A stretch of 48,669 nt of DNA from Chloroflexota bacterium (GCA_031362295.1 JANLSG010000125.1:1-48669); one strand, 5' to 3'; positions 25,733 through 34,817 are shown, counted from the first letter of the stretch. A program made the numbers and translations. Notes: generated by a model from the sequence alone, not told the origin.

Positions 25733-27292
25733 GTGATCAGGCTCCAGTCGTTCCGGGTCGGGTTCCTCGTCGTGAACGCCGCCGCCCTCGCGGGCGCGGT
25801 CTTGGTGGCCCAGGGCATGCTGAACAGCGGCCCGCCGCAGGACGGACCCGCGCGCGGACCGAAGACAAGCCAGGCGGCACGCGTGACGCAGGCGCCCGCT
25901 GCAACGGAGAACACCGGCGCGGGTGCGGAGGACAACCCGGAGGCCGAGGAGCAGGCCGAAGCGGCCGAGGCCCACGCCATGGCGTTCGAGGCAGCTGTGC
26001 TTGCGGGTAAGGCCGGCATCGCGGTACCGATCGTCGTGAACGCCGCCGCCGGCTGGGCCGGCGAGCAGCTCGTGAGTGCCGCCGCGGATGACTGGGAACC
26101 GGCGGTTGCCGCCGATCCCAAGGTCTACGCGGACGGCAAGTCGTACGCCTACCTGTTGACGACGCGATACGCGAGCACGAAGCCGTGCCCGGGCAATTGC
26201 CCGACGCCATACATCGCGCTCTATACGAGCAGCAACGCTGGCGCCACCTGGTCCGCGGGCGTGCCGCTCTGTGCCTGCAAAGGCTCCGGCCAGTTCGACC
26301 CGATCATCGAGGTCGTTCAGAACACGGGCGCGGTCTACGCGCTGTACATGAACGGCTACAACATCATGTTCATCAAGTCGACCGACCACGGCGTTACGTG
26401 GGGCGCGCCCGTGAAAACATACGGCTCGGTGTCCTGGAACGACAAGCCCATCCTCGCGGTCAGCGACAACGGCAACGATGTCTACGTGATGTTCAACGGG
26501 CCTACCGGCGGGGATCCGTGGCTCGCCCAGTCGCACAACGGTGGGACGACGTGGGCCCAGACGAAAGTCGTGGACAGCAACCGCTACATCTTTGCCTTCG
26601 ACGGCGACGTCGATTCGAACGGGACGGCGTACTTCGCGATGACATCCATCCTCTATGGCGGAGGCGGCAACAAGGGCACGACCCCCACGAGCGCGATCGA
26701 GGAGCACGTGTACGTGATCACCGGCAACGGTGCCACGTTCACGGACCGCCTGGTTGGCTCCATCCAGCCGGGTCTCGCGTGCGTCGCCGCCGGCTGCCCG
26801 CCGGACTACTACCTGGGGCATGCGGCGATCACGGCCTATGCGGCCGGCAAGGTCACGCTCCTGTACGACGGCGCGACCGCCGCCGGCGGCCTCCAGACGA
26901 TCACCTCGCGGACCTCGACGAACGCGGGCCTGACGTGGTCGAATCCGGTCACGGTCTCCGCGATCGGCGAGGAAGCGACTGTCCCCGCGATCGAGGCCGC
27001 CAGCGCGACGGACATTCGAGCCTTCTACCAGCAGACGAGCGGCGGCGGCAACCCCGACGCCTGGAACGTCTGGTACCGGACGTCTTCGGACGGCGGTCTG
27101 ACCTGGACTGCGGCCGTGAAGATCTCCGATGCCTCGAGCGGCGCCGCTTACAAGACGGCCGCCGGCTTTGCTGAGATCTATGGCGACTACGGCGAGATCG
27201 CGGTCACCTCGACCGGGAAGACGATCGCGGCGTGGGGAGAGGGCACCAGCTACGACGGCCCGGGCGGCGTCTGGTTCAACCGCCAGCCATAA
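25733..27292 (+). CDS. Secreted/anchored BNR (Asp-box) repeat beta-propeller protein, sialidase-like fold
   Basis: GGAGGA lies 6 nt upstream of GTG 25733. An N-terminal TM/signal anchor is present. There are five SxDxGxTW-type boxes (SSNAGATWS, STDHGVTWG, SHNGGTTWA, STNAGLTWS, SSDGGLTWT). Confidence 0.8.
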   Translation: MIRLQSFRVGFLVVNAAALAGAVLVAQGMLNSGPPQDGPARGPKTSQAARVTQAPAATENTGAGAEDNPEAEEQAEAAEAHAMAFEAAVLAGKAGIAVPIVVNAAAGWAGEQLVSAAADDWEPAVAADPKVYADGKSYAYLLTTRYASTKPCPGNCPTPYIALYTSSNAGATWSAGVPLCACKGSGQFDPIIEVVQNTGAVYALYMNGYNIMFIKSTDHGVTWGAPVKTYGSVSWNDKPILAVSDNGNDVYVMFNGPTGGDPWLAQSHNGGTTWAQTKVVDSNRYIFAFDGDVDSNGTAYFAMTSILYGGGGNKGTTPTSAIEEHVYVITGNGATFTDRLVGSIQPGLACVAAGCPPDYYLGHAAITAYAAGKVTLLYDGATAAGGLQTITSRTSTNAGLTWSNPVTVSAIGEEATVPAIEAASATDIRAFYQQTSGGGNPDAWNVWYRTSSDGGLTWTAAVKISDASSGAAYKTAAGFAEIYGDYGEIAVTSTGKTIAAWGEGTSYDGPGGVWFNRQP

Positions 27293-27301
27293 CCGCCGCC
27301 G

Positions 27302-27946
27302 TCAGCCGAGCAGGAACGTCACGGAAACGCTGATCGCGATTTCGTTCGCGCCGGCCTCGACTGGTGTGGAGGCGTCTGTCATTGCCATCTTGGCCATCTC
27401 GCCGCGGTAGACCGGCGACGGGAGCGCCAAGCCGGCTTCGCTGATTGTCGCCACGCCCGCGATTGACACGCCCGCGGCTGCTGCCAGCACTTCGGCTTTG
27501 GCTCGCGCGTCCGCGACGGCTGCCTCGCGCGCCTCTTTCTCCGCTGCCGATGTGTCGCGCGTGCGGAAGACGATGCTGTCCAGCGTTGTCGCGCCGGCCC
27601 GCATCGCGCCGTCGATTGCTGTACCGACGTGAGCCAGGTCGCGGATCGTCACCGCCACGGTGTTGGCCATCGTGTAGCCCGTGAGCCGCGGAGGGTTCGT
27701 GTTGCTCGAGTAGTCGTACGCGGGGCTCAGCGTCAGGTTCGTGGTCTGGATATCCCGGGCCGCGATGCGCAACTCCTTGAGCGCGCCGATGACTTCTGCC
27801 ATTGCCGTCGCGTTGATGGCTCTCGCCGCCTCAACCGTTTCCGCGGTGAGCGTCACGCCGAGTCGAAGGTCGGCGACGTCCGGATTGACCGAGACCCGGC
27901 CCGTGCCGGTGACGTAGATCGTGCGGGGCGGGACGGCTTCGGGCAT
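27302..27946 (-). CDS. SIMPL (DUF541, BP26/OMP28-like) domain protein, without a signal peptide
   Basis: GGAGGAACGA lies upstream of ATG 27946. Motifs are VTGTGRVSVNPDVADLRLGV, NTNPPRLTGY and EAGANEIAISVSVTF. It is a paralogue of 40263-41060. Confidence 0.85.
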   Translation of the reverse strand: MPEAVPPRTIYVTGTGRVSVNPDVADLRLGVTLTAETVEAARAINATAMAEVIGALKELRIAARDIQTTNLTLSPAYDYSSNTNPPRLTGYTMANTVAVTIRDLAHVGTAIDGAMRAGATTLDSIVFRTRDTSAAEKEAREAAVADARAKAEVLAAAAGVSIAGVATISEAGLALPSPVYRGEMAKMAMTDASTPVEAGANEIAISVSVTFLLG

Positions 27947-28000
27947 TCGTTCCTCCACGTGGCCCACGAGTCTAGGAGGACGAGTATCTTCGGGCCCGTG

Positions 28001-28942
28001 ATGCCATCGATGACTCCCTCGCTCACCGTCTGCCTCCCGGACATGCCGGAGCTCGAGCACATGGGCGAGCTGCCCGCGAGCGTGGAGGTCGTGCTCGTCC
28101 GCGCCGAGCCCGAGCCCCTCCCGAATCTCGCCAACGTGGACCTCGTGGTCCCGCTCACGCGCATCCGGCCCCCGCTGCTGGAGCTCCTCGCCGGTCCCCA
28201 GGGCCGGTTGCGGATCATCCAGACCCTGAGCGCGGGCGTGGACTGGCTGGTGGGCAAGGTGCCTGCGCACGTCAGCGTCCACAACGCCCGCGGGATCTAC
28301 GACGGTCCGCTTTCGGAGTGGGTCATCGGCGCGATCCTCGCCATGCAGCGCGGGCACATCCGCGCGCGGGATGCGCAGGCGAAGGCCGCGTGGGACTTCT
28401 TCGAGCCCGACGAGCTCGAGGGTCGACGCGTCGTCATCCTGGGCATGGGCTCGATCGGGACCGCGATCGCGGATCGCCTGCGACCGTTCGGGGTCGATGT
28501 CGTCGGTGTCGGGCGCACCGCGCGCGACGGTGTTCGCGCCCTGTCGGAGCTCGACGCGATTCTGCCGACTGCCGACATCCTGGTCGCGATGCTGCCGCTG
28601 ACGAGCGAGACCAAAGGCCTGCTCGATGCGCGCCGCCTCGCACTCCTGCGCGACGGCACGCTGCTCGTCAATGCCGGTCGCGGCCGAACGATCGACACGG
28701 ACGCCTTGACGCGGGAGCTTCAAGCCGGCCGCCTGCGTGCGGCGCTCGACGTCATCGATCCCGAGCCGCTGCCCGCCGATCACCCGCTCTGGGCGCTGCC
28801 CAACGTGCTCATCACGCCGCACATGGCCGGGGATTCACCGTCGACGACGATGCGCTGCTTCGAGCTCGCCGGCGACCAGATCCGGCGCTTGGCGGCCGGG
28901 GAGCCGCTGGTCAACGAGGTGGCGCGCTATCTGCTCGAGTAA
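28001..28942 (+). CDS. D-isomer-specific 2-hydroxyacid dehydrogenase family, NAD-binding
   Basis: Motifs are GILGMGSIGTAIA (GxGxxG), LVNAGRGRTID and DVIDPEPLPADHPLW..NVLITPHMAG. The start is approximate (ATG 28001 or GTG 27998). Confidence 0.85.
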   Translation: MPSMTPSLTVCLPDMPELEHMGELPASVEVVLVRAEPEPLPNLANVDLVVPLTRIRPPLLELLAGPQGRLRIIQTLSAGVDWLVGKVPAHVSVHNARGIYDGPLSEWVIGAILAMQRGHIRARDAQAKAAWDFFEPDELEGRRVVILGMGSIGTAIADRLRPFGVDVVGVGRTARDGVRALSELDAILPTADILVAMLPLTSETKGLLDARRLALLRDGTLLVNAGRGRTIDTDALTRELQAGRLRAALDVIDPEPLPADHPLWALPNVLITPHMAGDSPSTTMRCFELAGDQIRRLAAGEPLVNEVARYLLE

Positions 28943-28964
28943 CGGGCGGCGCCGGGACTGACCG

Positions 28965-30173
28965 TCAGTCGACGGTATCCGGCGCTGCGGGCAGCGCGAA
29001 CCCGAACTCCGAACCAGGACCGGGCCGGGGGTTCCCCCAGATCCGCCCGCCGAGCAGGTCAACCAGGAGCCGGCAGGCGCTGAGCCCGATCCCGAGCCCC
29101 GACGCCATCTGCTTGGCGTTCTCAGTTCGATAGAACGCGGTGAACAACTCGTCCGTTTCGCCCGGCTCGAAACCGATCCCACGATCCAGGATGCGAACCT
29201 CCAGCCAGTCGTCGCGAACATCGAGCGCGACATCGAGCCGCTCCCCGGGCGGGCTGTACTTGTTGGCGTTCCCGAGCAGGTTGCCGAGCAGCAGCGCGAG
29301 ATACGCGCGATCGGCGTCGACGACGCGTCCACCAAGGTCACCGCTCACGTGGACCTCCCGTTCGGGGTGGCGGCGGGCAAACGTTGCCAGGGCGTCGTGG
29401 ACGACGTGATCGAGGACCTGCGGCTCGCGGTCCATGTCCACGGGCGTGCCCGCCCTCGTGAGCACGAGCAGGTTCTCGACGACCGCCGCGAGGCGCTCCG
29501 CCTCACTGCCGAGATCCCCGAGCAGCGAACCGAGCGGTTCGGCCACGTCCTTGCGGGCCGCCAGCAACTTGGCATTCCCGAGGATCGTCGTGACGGGCGT
29601 CCGGAGCTCGTGCGAGACGAGGCCAAGGAACTCGTCCTTGACGGCGATGGCCGCGCGGAGCCCATCCTCCGCGCGCCGCCGGTCGGAGACGTCGACCAGC
29701 ACGTTGATCGCGCCGATCATCTCGCCGCGCTCATCCATGACGACAGTCGGGTAGGGGACGAACGACACCCGCGTCCCATCGGGCCGCTCGGCGATGCCCT
29801 CATAGCCCCGGACGGAGCGGCGCTCCTTCAGGGAGATGGCCATTGGGCACTCGCCGTGAGCCATCGGCTCACCGTTCGGCCAGAACAGCTTCCACGAGCC
29901 GCACCACATCTCGCCAACCTGCGGCTCGCGGCCCCACAGGGTGGCGGCGGCCTCGTTGTAGAACGTGATCCGCCCGCCCGCGTCCGTCGTGTAGACGGCG
30001 ACGCCGAGCGCCTCGAGGAACGGCCGATAGCTTGGCGTCGCCGCCGACGCCTCCTGGAGGACCAGCGTCGGTCCGATGGCGGGACCGGCGTCGCGCCGAG
30101 GCGGCACCCGCGACGCAGGAGGGCTCGCGTAGGTGCGGCCAACGGGTGAGTGGCCGAAGAGGCGGGTCTGCAT
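28965..30173 (-). CDS. Cytoplasmic PAS-domain sensor histidine kinase, orphan
   Basis: The PAS domain is GVAVYTTDAGGRITFYNEAAATLWG...WCGSW...HGECPMA. The H-box is VSHELRTPV, the N-box is LLGNLLGNANKYS and the G-boxes are ILDRGIGF and GLGIGLS. There are no TM helices. The start lies 3 nt after the dps stop. Confidence 0.9.
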   Translation of the reverse strand: MQTRLFGHSPVGRTYASPPASRVPPRRDAGPAIGPTLVLQEASAATPSYRPFLEALGVAVYTTDAGGRITFYNEAAATLWGREPQVGEMWCGSWKLFWPNGEPMAHGECPMAISLKERRSVRGYEGIAERPDGTRVSFVPYPTVVMDERGEMIGAINVLVDVSDRRRAEDGLRAAIAVKDEFLGLVSHELRTPVTTILGNAKLLAARKDVAEPLGSLLGDLGSEAERLAAVVENLLVLTRAGTPVDMDREPQVLDHVVHDALATFARRHPEREVHVSGDLGGRVVDADRAYLALLLGNLLGNANKYSPPGERLDVALDVRDDWLEVRILDRGIGFEPGETDELFTAFYRTENAKQMASGLGIGLSACRLLVDLLGGRIWGNPRPGPGSEFGFALPAAPDTVD

Positions 30174-30176
30174 GTC

Positions 30177-30791
30177 CTAGGCCTCGACCAGGGGGGCCTC
30201 GACGACGTGCTCGGCGATGAACCAGACCTGCATCTCGTTGCGACGCAGGACGTCGCCCATCAGCAGGTCGTTGGACCCCATGTCCTTGTTCTTCTCCGTC
30301 GCGTCGATGCCGGCGCGGACCTTCTCGAGGATCGTCTCGTGCGCGTCGAGCAGGCGCGAAAGCACGACCGGCACCTCTTCCGCGCCGTCGGGCGCGCGGG
30401 GGATGGTCGTCAACTCGGCCGCGTGGCGCGGGTCGCCGACGCTGATCCCGCCGAGCATCTGGACGCGTTCGGCGATCGCATCGACAAGCTCCACCTGCTC
30501 CTCGTAGTGCTTGTCGAACAGGAGATGGAGCTGGTAGAAGGTCGGCCCGGCCGCGTTCCAGTGCGCCTTCTTGTACAGCGCGCCGAGGACCATCGAGTCC
30601 GCCAGGATCTCGTTGAGGATCTGGCAGCTCTCAGTCCGCGCCTTGGCAGCAAGGGCGATCGGCAGCTGGCGCAGGGTTCCGAAGCGCTGAAGCTCCGGGG
30701 CGGCCTGGCCCATTCGCGGCTGGGGCGAGACGCGCTTGGTGGTTGACGCGTGGCCGTTCTTCGACGGCGCGTGGCGGGTCGTGGTTGCCAT
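30177..30791 (-). CDS. dps: Dps-family DNA-binding ferritin-like protein
   Basis: Ferroxidase-site context is YKKAHWNAAGPTFYQLHLLFDKHYEEQVELVDAIAERV. GGAGGA lies 7 nt upstream of ATG 30791. Confidence 0.9.
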   Translation of the reverse strand: MATTTRHAPSKNGHASTTKRVSPQPRMGQAAPELQRFGTLRQLPIALAAKARTESCQILNEILADSMVLGALYKKAHWNAAGPTFYQLHLLFDKHYEEQVELVDAIAERVQMLGGISVGDPRHAAELTTIPRAPDGAEEVPVVLSRLLDAHETILEKVRAGIDATEKNKDMGSNDLLMGDVLRRNEMQVWFIAEHVVEAPLVEA

Positions 30792-30972
30792 GGGTTGATC
30801 CTCCAGGGTGCTTGGCGGCAAGCATCGGCGACGAGCAGCGCTGTGAGCACTGCCGACGCTGGGCGAGGACTTGCAGGTCCGTGGCAGTCCGATTTGCGTT
30901 TGCAAGGGACTTGGCACATCCCTGGCGGCCCGGCTGATCCGGACGGCAACCTCTGTCGGTCACCATTTGGAG

Positions 30973-31596
30973 ATGCCTGTCACAACAGGCGGACGACCCG
31001 TGCCCATGAGCGCACGGGTGACACGGCGCCAATTGCGTGCCGCTGCTTCCTTTGTGGTTTCCGCCTTCTTTGTCATTGCCGCCGCCGCAACCGTCGGCGC
31101 CGAACCAACCGGGCCCAGGACCGTTCCGGACTCCGCGTTCGGCCCTGTCTCGCTCCTGCCGGGATCGTCCACGGACATCCCGGGGCTTCGCCAAGCTCCT
31201 GACCTCGCGGTGGTCATAGATCCCTGGATCGCGACCGCCCTGCCCGCGCGTCCGCAGCCGTCGCTCCCGACCGTAAAGCCCGCCACGGTGGTCGTGGCAC
31301 CGAAGACGACCCACAAGATCGGCGGGGCCGCCTCGTACTACTGCCGCGCCGGCAGCTCGCCGTGCACGAACGGCTACGCGGACGGGTCCGGCTTCGATGC
31401 CTACGCCGCCGCCGGGCCTCGACTGCGGGCCGCCCTGGGCTCCGACTGGAGGGGCAGCATCGTCTACGTCGATGGCGTCCGGGTGAAGCTGATCGACTGG
31501 TGCCAGTGCTACCAGGGCGAATCGAACGAGAAGCTCCTGGACCTGTACTACGACGTCTTCGCGCGGACCGGCGGATCAGTCACCATTCGCTGGTAA
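30973..31596 (+). CDS. Secreted RlpA-like double-psi beta-barrel (DPBB) domain protein
   Basis: An N-terminal signal/TM (AASFVVSAFFVIAAAATVGA) is followed by a Pro-rich linker. The C-terminal pattern is GGAASYY...AAAGPRL...VYVDGVRVKLIDWCQC...LLDLYYDVFARTG..VTIRW. The start is ATG 30973 or 31006. Confidence 0.55.
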   Translation: MPVTTGGRPVPMSARVTRRQLRAAASFVVSAFFVIAAAATVGAEPTGPRTVPDSAFGPVSLLPGSSTDIPGLRQAPDLAVVIDPWIATALPARPQPSLPTVKPATVVVAPKTTHKIGGAASYYCRAGSSPCTNGYADGSGFDAYAAAGPRLRAALGSDWRGSIVYVDGVRVKLIDWCQCYQGESNEKLLDLYYDVFARTGGSVTIRW

Positions 31597-31644
31597 GGTC
31601 GGGCGTCTGACCGCATCGGCATCGATGGAGGCTTCGACTGAGCG

Positions 31645-32151
31645 ATGAGCGACTCGACGGTGGACCCGACGCTGGACCGGCTGCTTCGCCACATGGCCTG
31701 GGCGAACGCCTCGCTCATATCGACGCTCGCCGGGCTGTCCGACGACGCGCTTGCGCTGGCGGCCCCGCGCAACGAGTGGGCCGCCGGCAGGATCCTGGAC
31801 CACCTCGTGAACGCGGCAGGCGGGTACGCGAACCGCCTCGATGGCAAGCCGCGCATGGATCCGCCCCCGCCGACGACAACGATCGCCCAGCTGGCCGATC
31901 TTGCCGCGCGCTGCGCCGGATACGACGCCCGCCTCCGTGCCCACGCGTCGCTTCCCGAGGGAACCGCCGCCTACGACGCGCCGGACCAGATCCGCCGCGC
32001 CCGCTCTACCGTGCTGGGCCAGGCGATCCACCATGCGACCGAGCACCGGGCGCAGATCGCCGGCGCGCTGGCCACGAACGGGATCGACGCCCTGGACCTT
32101 GACGCACTCGACCTTTGGGCATACGGCGAAGCCGAGGGCCTCGGGGCATGA
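31645..32151 (+). CDS. DinB-family (four-helix bundle, metal-dependent) protein
   Basis: LLRHMAWANASLISTL ... ILDHLVNAAGGY ... AIHHATEHRAQIA gives the His triad spacing typical of DinB_2. Confidence 0.8.
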   Translation: MSDSTVDPTLDRLLRHMAWANASLISTLAGLSDDALALAAPRNEWAAGRILDHLVNAAGGYANRLDGKPRMDPPPPTTTIAQLADLAARCAGYDARLRAHASLPEGTAAYDAPDQIRRARSTVLGQAIHHATEHRAQIAGALATNGIDALDLDALDLWAYGEAEGLGA

Positions 32152-32393
32152 CGTCGACCGAGGCGATCGTCCTTGTCATCGTGGCAATCGTGTGCGTCGT
32201 GATCGACGCGCTGATCGTCTATCAGATTCGGAGAGGGGAATCCTTCGCGTTCTCGTCCCAGAAGTGGGAGGCGCCGCAGCGGCGCTCTCGCACCACAACG
32301 CCGCGGGCGTTCTGGCTGGTCATCGGCATGCAGGCACTCGTTGCGAACGGGGTGCTCCTGTACCTGCTCTGGTTTGCCCTCTCGACGATGTAG
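32148..32393 (+). CDS. Small two-TM membrane protein, hypothetical
   Basis: An ATGA overlap with the DinB stop suggests translational coupling. There are two hydrophobic helices. Confidence 0.5.
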   Translation: MTSTEAIVLVIVAIVCVVIDALIVYQIRRGESFAFSSQKWEAPQRRSRTTTPRAFWLVIGMQALVANGVLLYLLWFALSTM

Positions 32394-32424
32394 TCATCGG
32401 GAAGGCCGGGCTGGATCGGCGCGT

Positions 32425-33747
32425 ATGTCAGTCGTGCGCCTCCTCGTTGCCATCGCTGCCCTGGCCATGCTCGCCGCGTGCACAGCCGTGGATCCGCAGG
32501 CGAGCGGCGTCGCGAGCGAGCCCGGCGCGACCTCGGCCTCGTCTGCGCGCCTGGGTGTCCGGGACCTCGTCTCTCTCCCCGGGGCGGTCGTCGGCAGCTT
32601 TTCAGCGGTGCGGGAATCGGATGAGGCGACGCGCTTGACCGTGTCCATCACGGGGCCAGGCCCGCGGCCGTGGGGCATCTACGACCAGGCCGGGTGCGCG
32701 CCGCCGCAGGTCGATCACGATGCGCCGTTCCAGTTCGCCGACATCGAGGACGGCAGCCGGACGGAGCAGGTGGAGACACCGGGCTACCTGGCGTATCCCT
32801 CGAACCTGGTGGTCCTCGTCTTCGGGCCGGACGGGGGATCGATCGCTGGGTGCGCGGACCTCGGGGGCCCGGCCGTCGCGCTTGCGTCACCCGGCGCGAC
32901 GGACGTCTGCGACGAGCCGAGTCGATCGGGCGGGCCGGGCGGCCTCGATTCAGTGCTTGCCGACCTTGCGTTCTCGAAGGAGGCGCTCTCCAACAGCGAC
33001 ATCTACGTCATCGCGAGCGACGGGTCCAATGTCAGGCGAATGACCGACGCGCTGGGTCTCGACATGAAGCCAACGTGGTCGCCCGACGGCCGGCAGATCG
33101 CGTTCCGGACGAGTCGCGACGGACAGGACGAGATCTACGTCATGGCCGCCGACGGGACATGTGAGCGAAACCTGACGCTGAGCCCGAAGGACGATCGATC
33201 GCCGGCGTGGTCGCCAGGCGGGTGCGAGATCGCGTACGACCACTTCTTCGACGCCCGCTTCCAGGACATCGCCACCATTCCGGTGGCTGGGGGTGAGCCG
33301 CGGCGCATCACCACGAAGTCGGGGGAATATCCGAGCTGGTCGCCAGATGGTCGTCGCATCGCCTTCGCCTCGGCTCGAGACGGTGACTATGACGTCTACG
33401 TCATCAACGCAGACGGGTCCGGCGAGCGCCAGGTCGCGGACCTCCCGGGCTACCAGTTCTATCCCGCGTGGTCGCCGGATGGCCTTTGGCTGGCGTACGA
33501 GAGCGGGCAATCGACCATCGAGGGCCTCCAGATCCACGTGATGCGAGCCAACGGGCAGGACGATCGTCCGATCACGCACGACACGGCGACGAACCGCTTC
33601 CCGGCATGGTCGCCGGACGGGCGCCTGTCCTGGTCCGCTTCGGGGACAATCGTCGTCGCGGCATCGCTGAATGCGGCGCCGGTGGCGATCGGACCGGGTC
33701 AGTTTCCTGCCTGGCGACCGACCGCCACCGACGAAGCCGCTTGCTGA
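32425..33747 (+). CDS. Lipoprotein with TolB-like PD40/WD40 beta-propeller repeats
   Basis: The lipobox is LAMLAAC. WSPDG repeats recur (TWSPDGRQIAF, AWSPGGCEIAY, SWSPDGRRIAF, AWSPDGLWLAY, AWSPDGRLSW). Confidence 0.85.
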   Translation: MSVVRLLVAIAALAMLAACTAVDPQASGVASEPGATSASSARLGVRDLVSLPGAVVGSFSAVRESDEATRLTVSITGPGPRPWGIYDQAGCAPPQVDHDAPFQFADIEDGSRTEQVETPGYLAYPSNLVVLVFGPDGGSIAGCADLGGPAVALASPGATDVCDEPSRSGGPGGLDSVLADLAFSKEALSNSDIYVIASDGSNVRRMTDALGLDMKPTWSPDGRQIAFRTSRDGQDEIYVMAADGTCERNLTLSPKDDRSPAWSPGGCEIAYDHFFDARFQDIATIPVAGGEPRRITTKSGEYPSWSPDGRRIAFASARDGDYDVYVINADGSGERQVADLPGYQFYPAWSPDGLWLAYESGQSTIEGLQIHVMRANGQDDRPITHDTATNRFPAWSPDGRLSWSASGTIVVAASLNAAPVAIGPGQFPAWRPTATDEAAC

Positions 33748-33760
33748 GCTCGCGACGTGA

Positions 33761-34072
33761 CTACATCGCCGCGAACGTCTCCGAGACGACCACGGTGGCC
33801 CCACCCTCGAGGACGGGGCACATGCCGGCGACCTTGAGCGCGGTGTCCATCGAGTCCACCTTGATGACCGAGTAGCCGGACGGCGCCATGGTCGCGTCCA
33901 TGACCGCGCCATCGGGCGAGATGGCCTTCGACTGCGAGGTCGGGTTGCCGCCGTCGACGAGCGCATCGCCGAGCTGTTCGAACCAGGCGCCCCAGGCCGC
34001 GGTGACCTTGGCGGTGTCCTCGGCGGAGTCGGGCATGCCGCCGCCGTAGTAGGTGAGCAGGAAGTTTGCCAT
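33761..34072 (-). CDS. YCII-related small protein (paralogue 2)
   Basis: The sequence is MANFLLTYYGGG..TAAWGAWFEQLGDALVDGGNP... It is collinear with and similar to the upstream paralogue. Confidence 0.65.
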   Translation of the reverse strand: MANFLLTYYGGGMPDSAEDTAKVTAAWGAWFEQLGDALVDGGNPTSQSKAISPDGAVMDATMAPSGYSVIKVDSMDTALKVAGMCPVLEGGATVVVSETFAAM

Positions 34073-34134
34073 GTTGTTCAGGTCTCCAGTTGCATTGCTT
34101 GGTGGTGGGAGTCGTGTCGCGAGAGGCGGGCGTC

Positions 34135-34425
34135 TTACATGGCCATCGCCTCGTACAGCCGAACGCTGTCGATGATCGGGCAGCCCTCGAGGAGGCGTTC
34201 GGCGTCCTCCATGGTGTTTGCCGAGAGGATCGAGTAGCCGCCCGCAGCGCCCATCTCCGGCGTCAGGTCGCGGCTGCCGGTCGGGGTGACCTCGCGGCAG
34301 TTGCCCAGCGGGTTGCCGCTGTCGACGATGTGGTCGCCCACCTTCTCGAACCAGGCCATCCAGGCGGCCACGACCTCCGGCGTCGGTTCGATGTAGCCGT
34401 AGCTGAGCATCAGGAACTTCTTCAT
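34135..34425 (-). CDS. YCII-related small protein (paralogue 1)
   Basis: The sequence is MKKFLMLSYGYIEPTPEVVAAWMAWFEKVGDHIVDSGNPLG. An ATGA overlap links it to the arsR-type gene stop. Confidence 0.65.
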   Translation of the reverse strand: MKKFLMLSYGYIEPTPEVVAAWMAWFEKVGDHIVDSGNPLGNCREVTPTGSRDLTPEMGAAGGYSILSANTMEDAERLLEGCPIIDSVRLYEAMAM

Positions 34426-34781
34426 CGCTGGTCACCCTCTGCTGTCGTCGGATCGGTGGTGAGGAATTGCGTGTAGTTCTCCAGAGTTTCCTTCTCGGTG
34501 CCCCAGTACGCGTGGAACTCGCCGAGCCACGCCTGGAGGTCGCGCATGCACGCCCGATCGAGCGTCAGGAACGTGGTCCGCCCGAGCTTGCGCCGGTCCA
34601 CGATGCCCGCGTCCACCAGGACGCGAACGTGCTTGTTGATCGCCGGCAGGGAGAGCCCCCGGATGCTCGCGAGCCGGCTGATCGAGTGCGGCTGGAGACC
34701 CAGGAGGCGGACCATCTCGCGGCGATGACGGTTCGCCAGCGCCTCGAACAACCGATCCAGCCCTTCCGCAGCCTCGAGCAT
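34422..34781 (-). CDS. ArsR/SmtB-family transcriptional regulator
   Basis: The wHTH is LFEALANRHRREMVRLLGLQPHSISRLASIRGLSLPAINKHVRVLVDAGIV. It is the first gene of the arsR-YCII-YCII operon. Confidence 0.88.
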   Translation of the reverse strand: MLEAAEGLDRLFEALANRHRREMVRLLGLQPHSISRLASIRGLSLPAINKHVRVLVDAGIVDRRKLGRTTFLTLDRACMRDLQAWLGEFHAYWGTEKETLENYTQFLTTDPTTAEGDQR

Positions 34782-34793
34782 CTCCGCCCCATG

Positions 34794-34817
34794 ACAGTTA
34801 ACTTGTCGGTTAACTGT
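34794..34817. promoter_or_regulatory. Candidate ArsR operator: perfect 9-bp inverted repeat ACAGTTAAC-N6-GTTAACTGT
   Basis: An AT-rich palindrome stands out from a GC-rich background. It lies 13 nt upstream of the arsR start (34781, minus) and abuts ATG 34818 of the divergent GNAT relic. Confidence 0.55.

Noticed and set aside
30792-30972. A possible cyclic-di-AMP (ydaO-type) riboswitch might lie in the leader of the RlpA-like DPBB gene. Such riboswitches often precede cell-wall-remodelling genes in actinobacteria, and GATCCGGACGGCAACCTC loosely resembles the conserved CCGNCAGCUAACCUC 3' element.
   Set aside because: The other conserved blocks (GGGGACCCA, GGGGUGAAUC and the CGCU/AGCG closing helix) could not be found by eye. 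The region may simply be the dps/DPBB divergent promoter. An Infernal scan with the ydaO covariance model would settle it.
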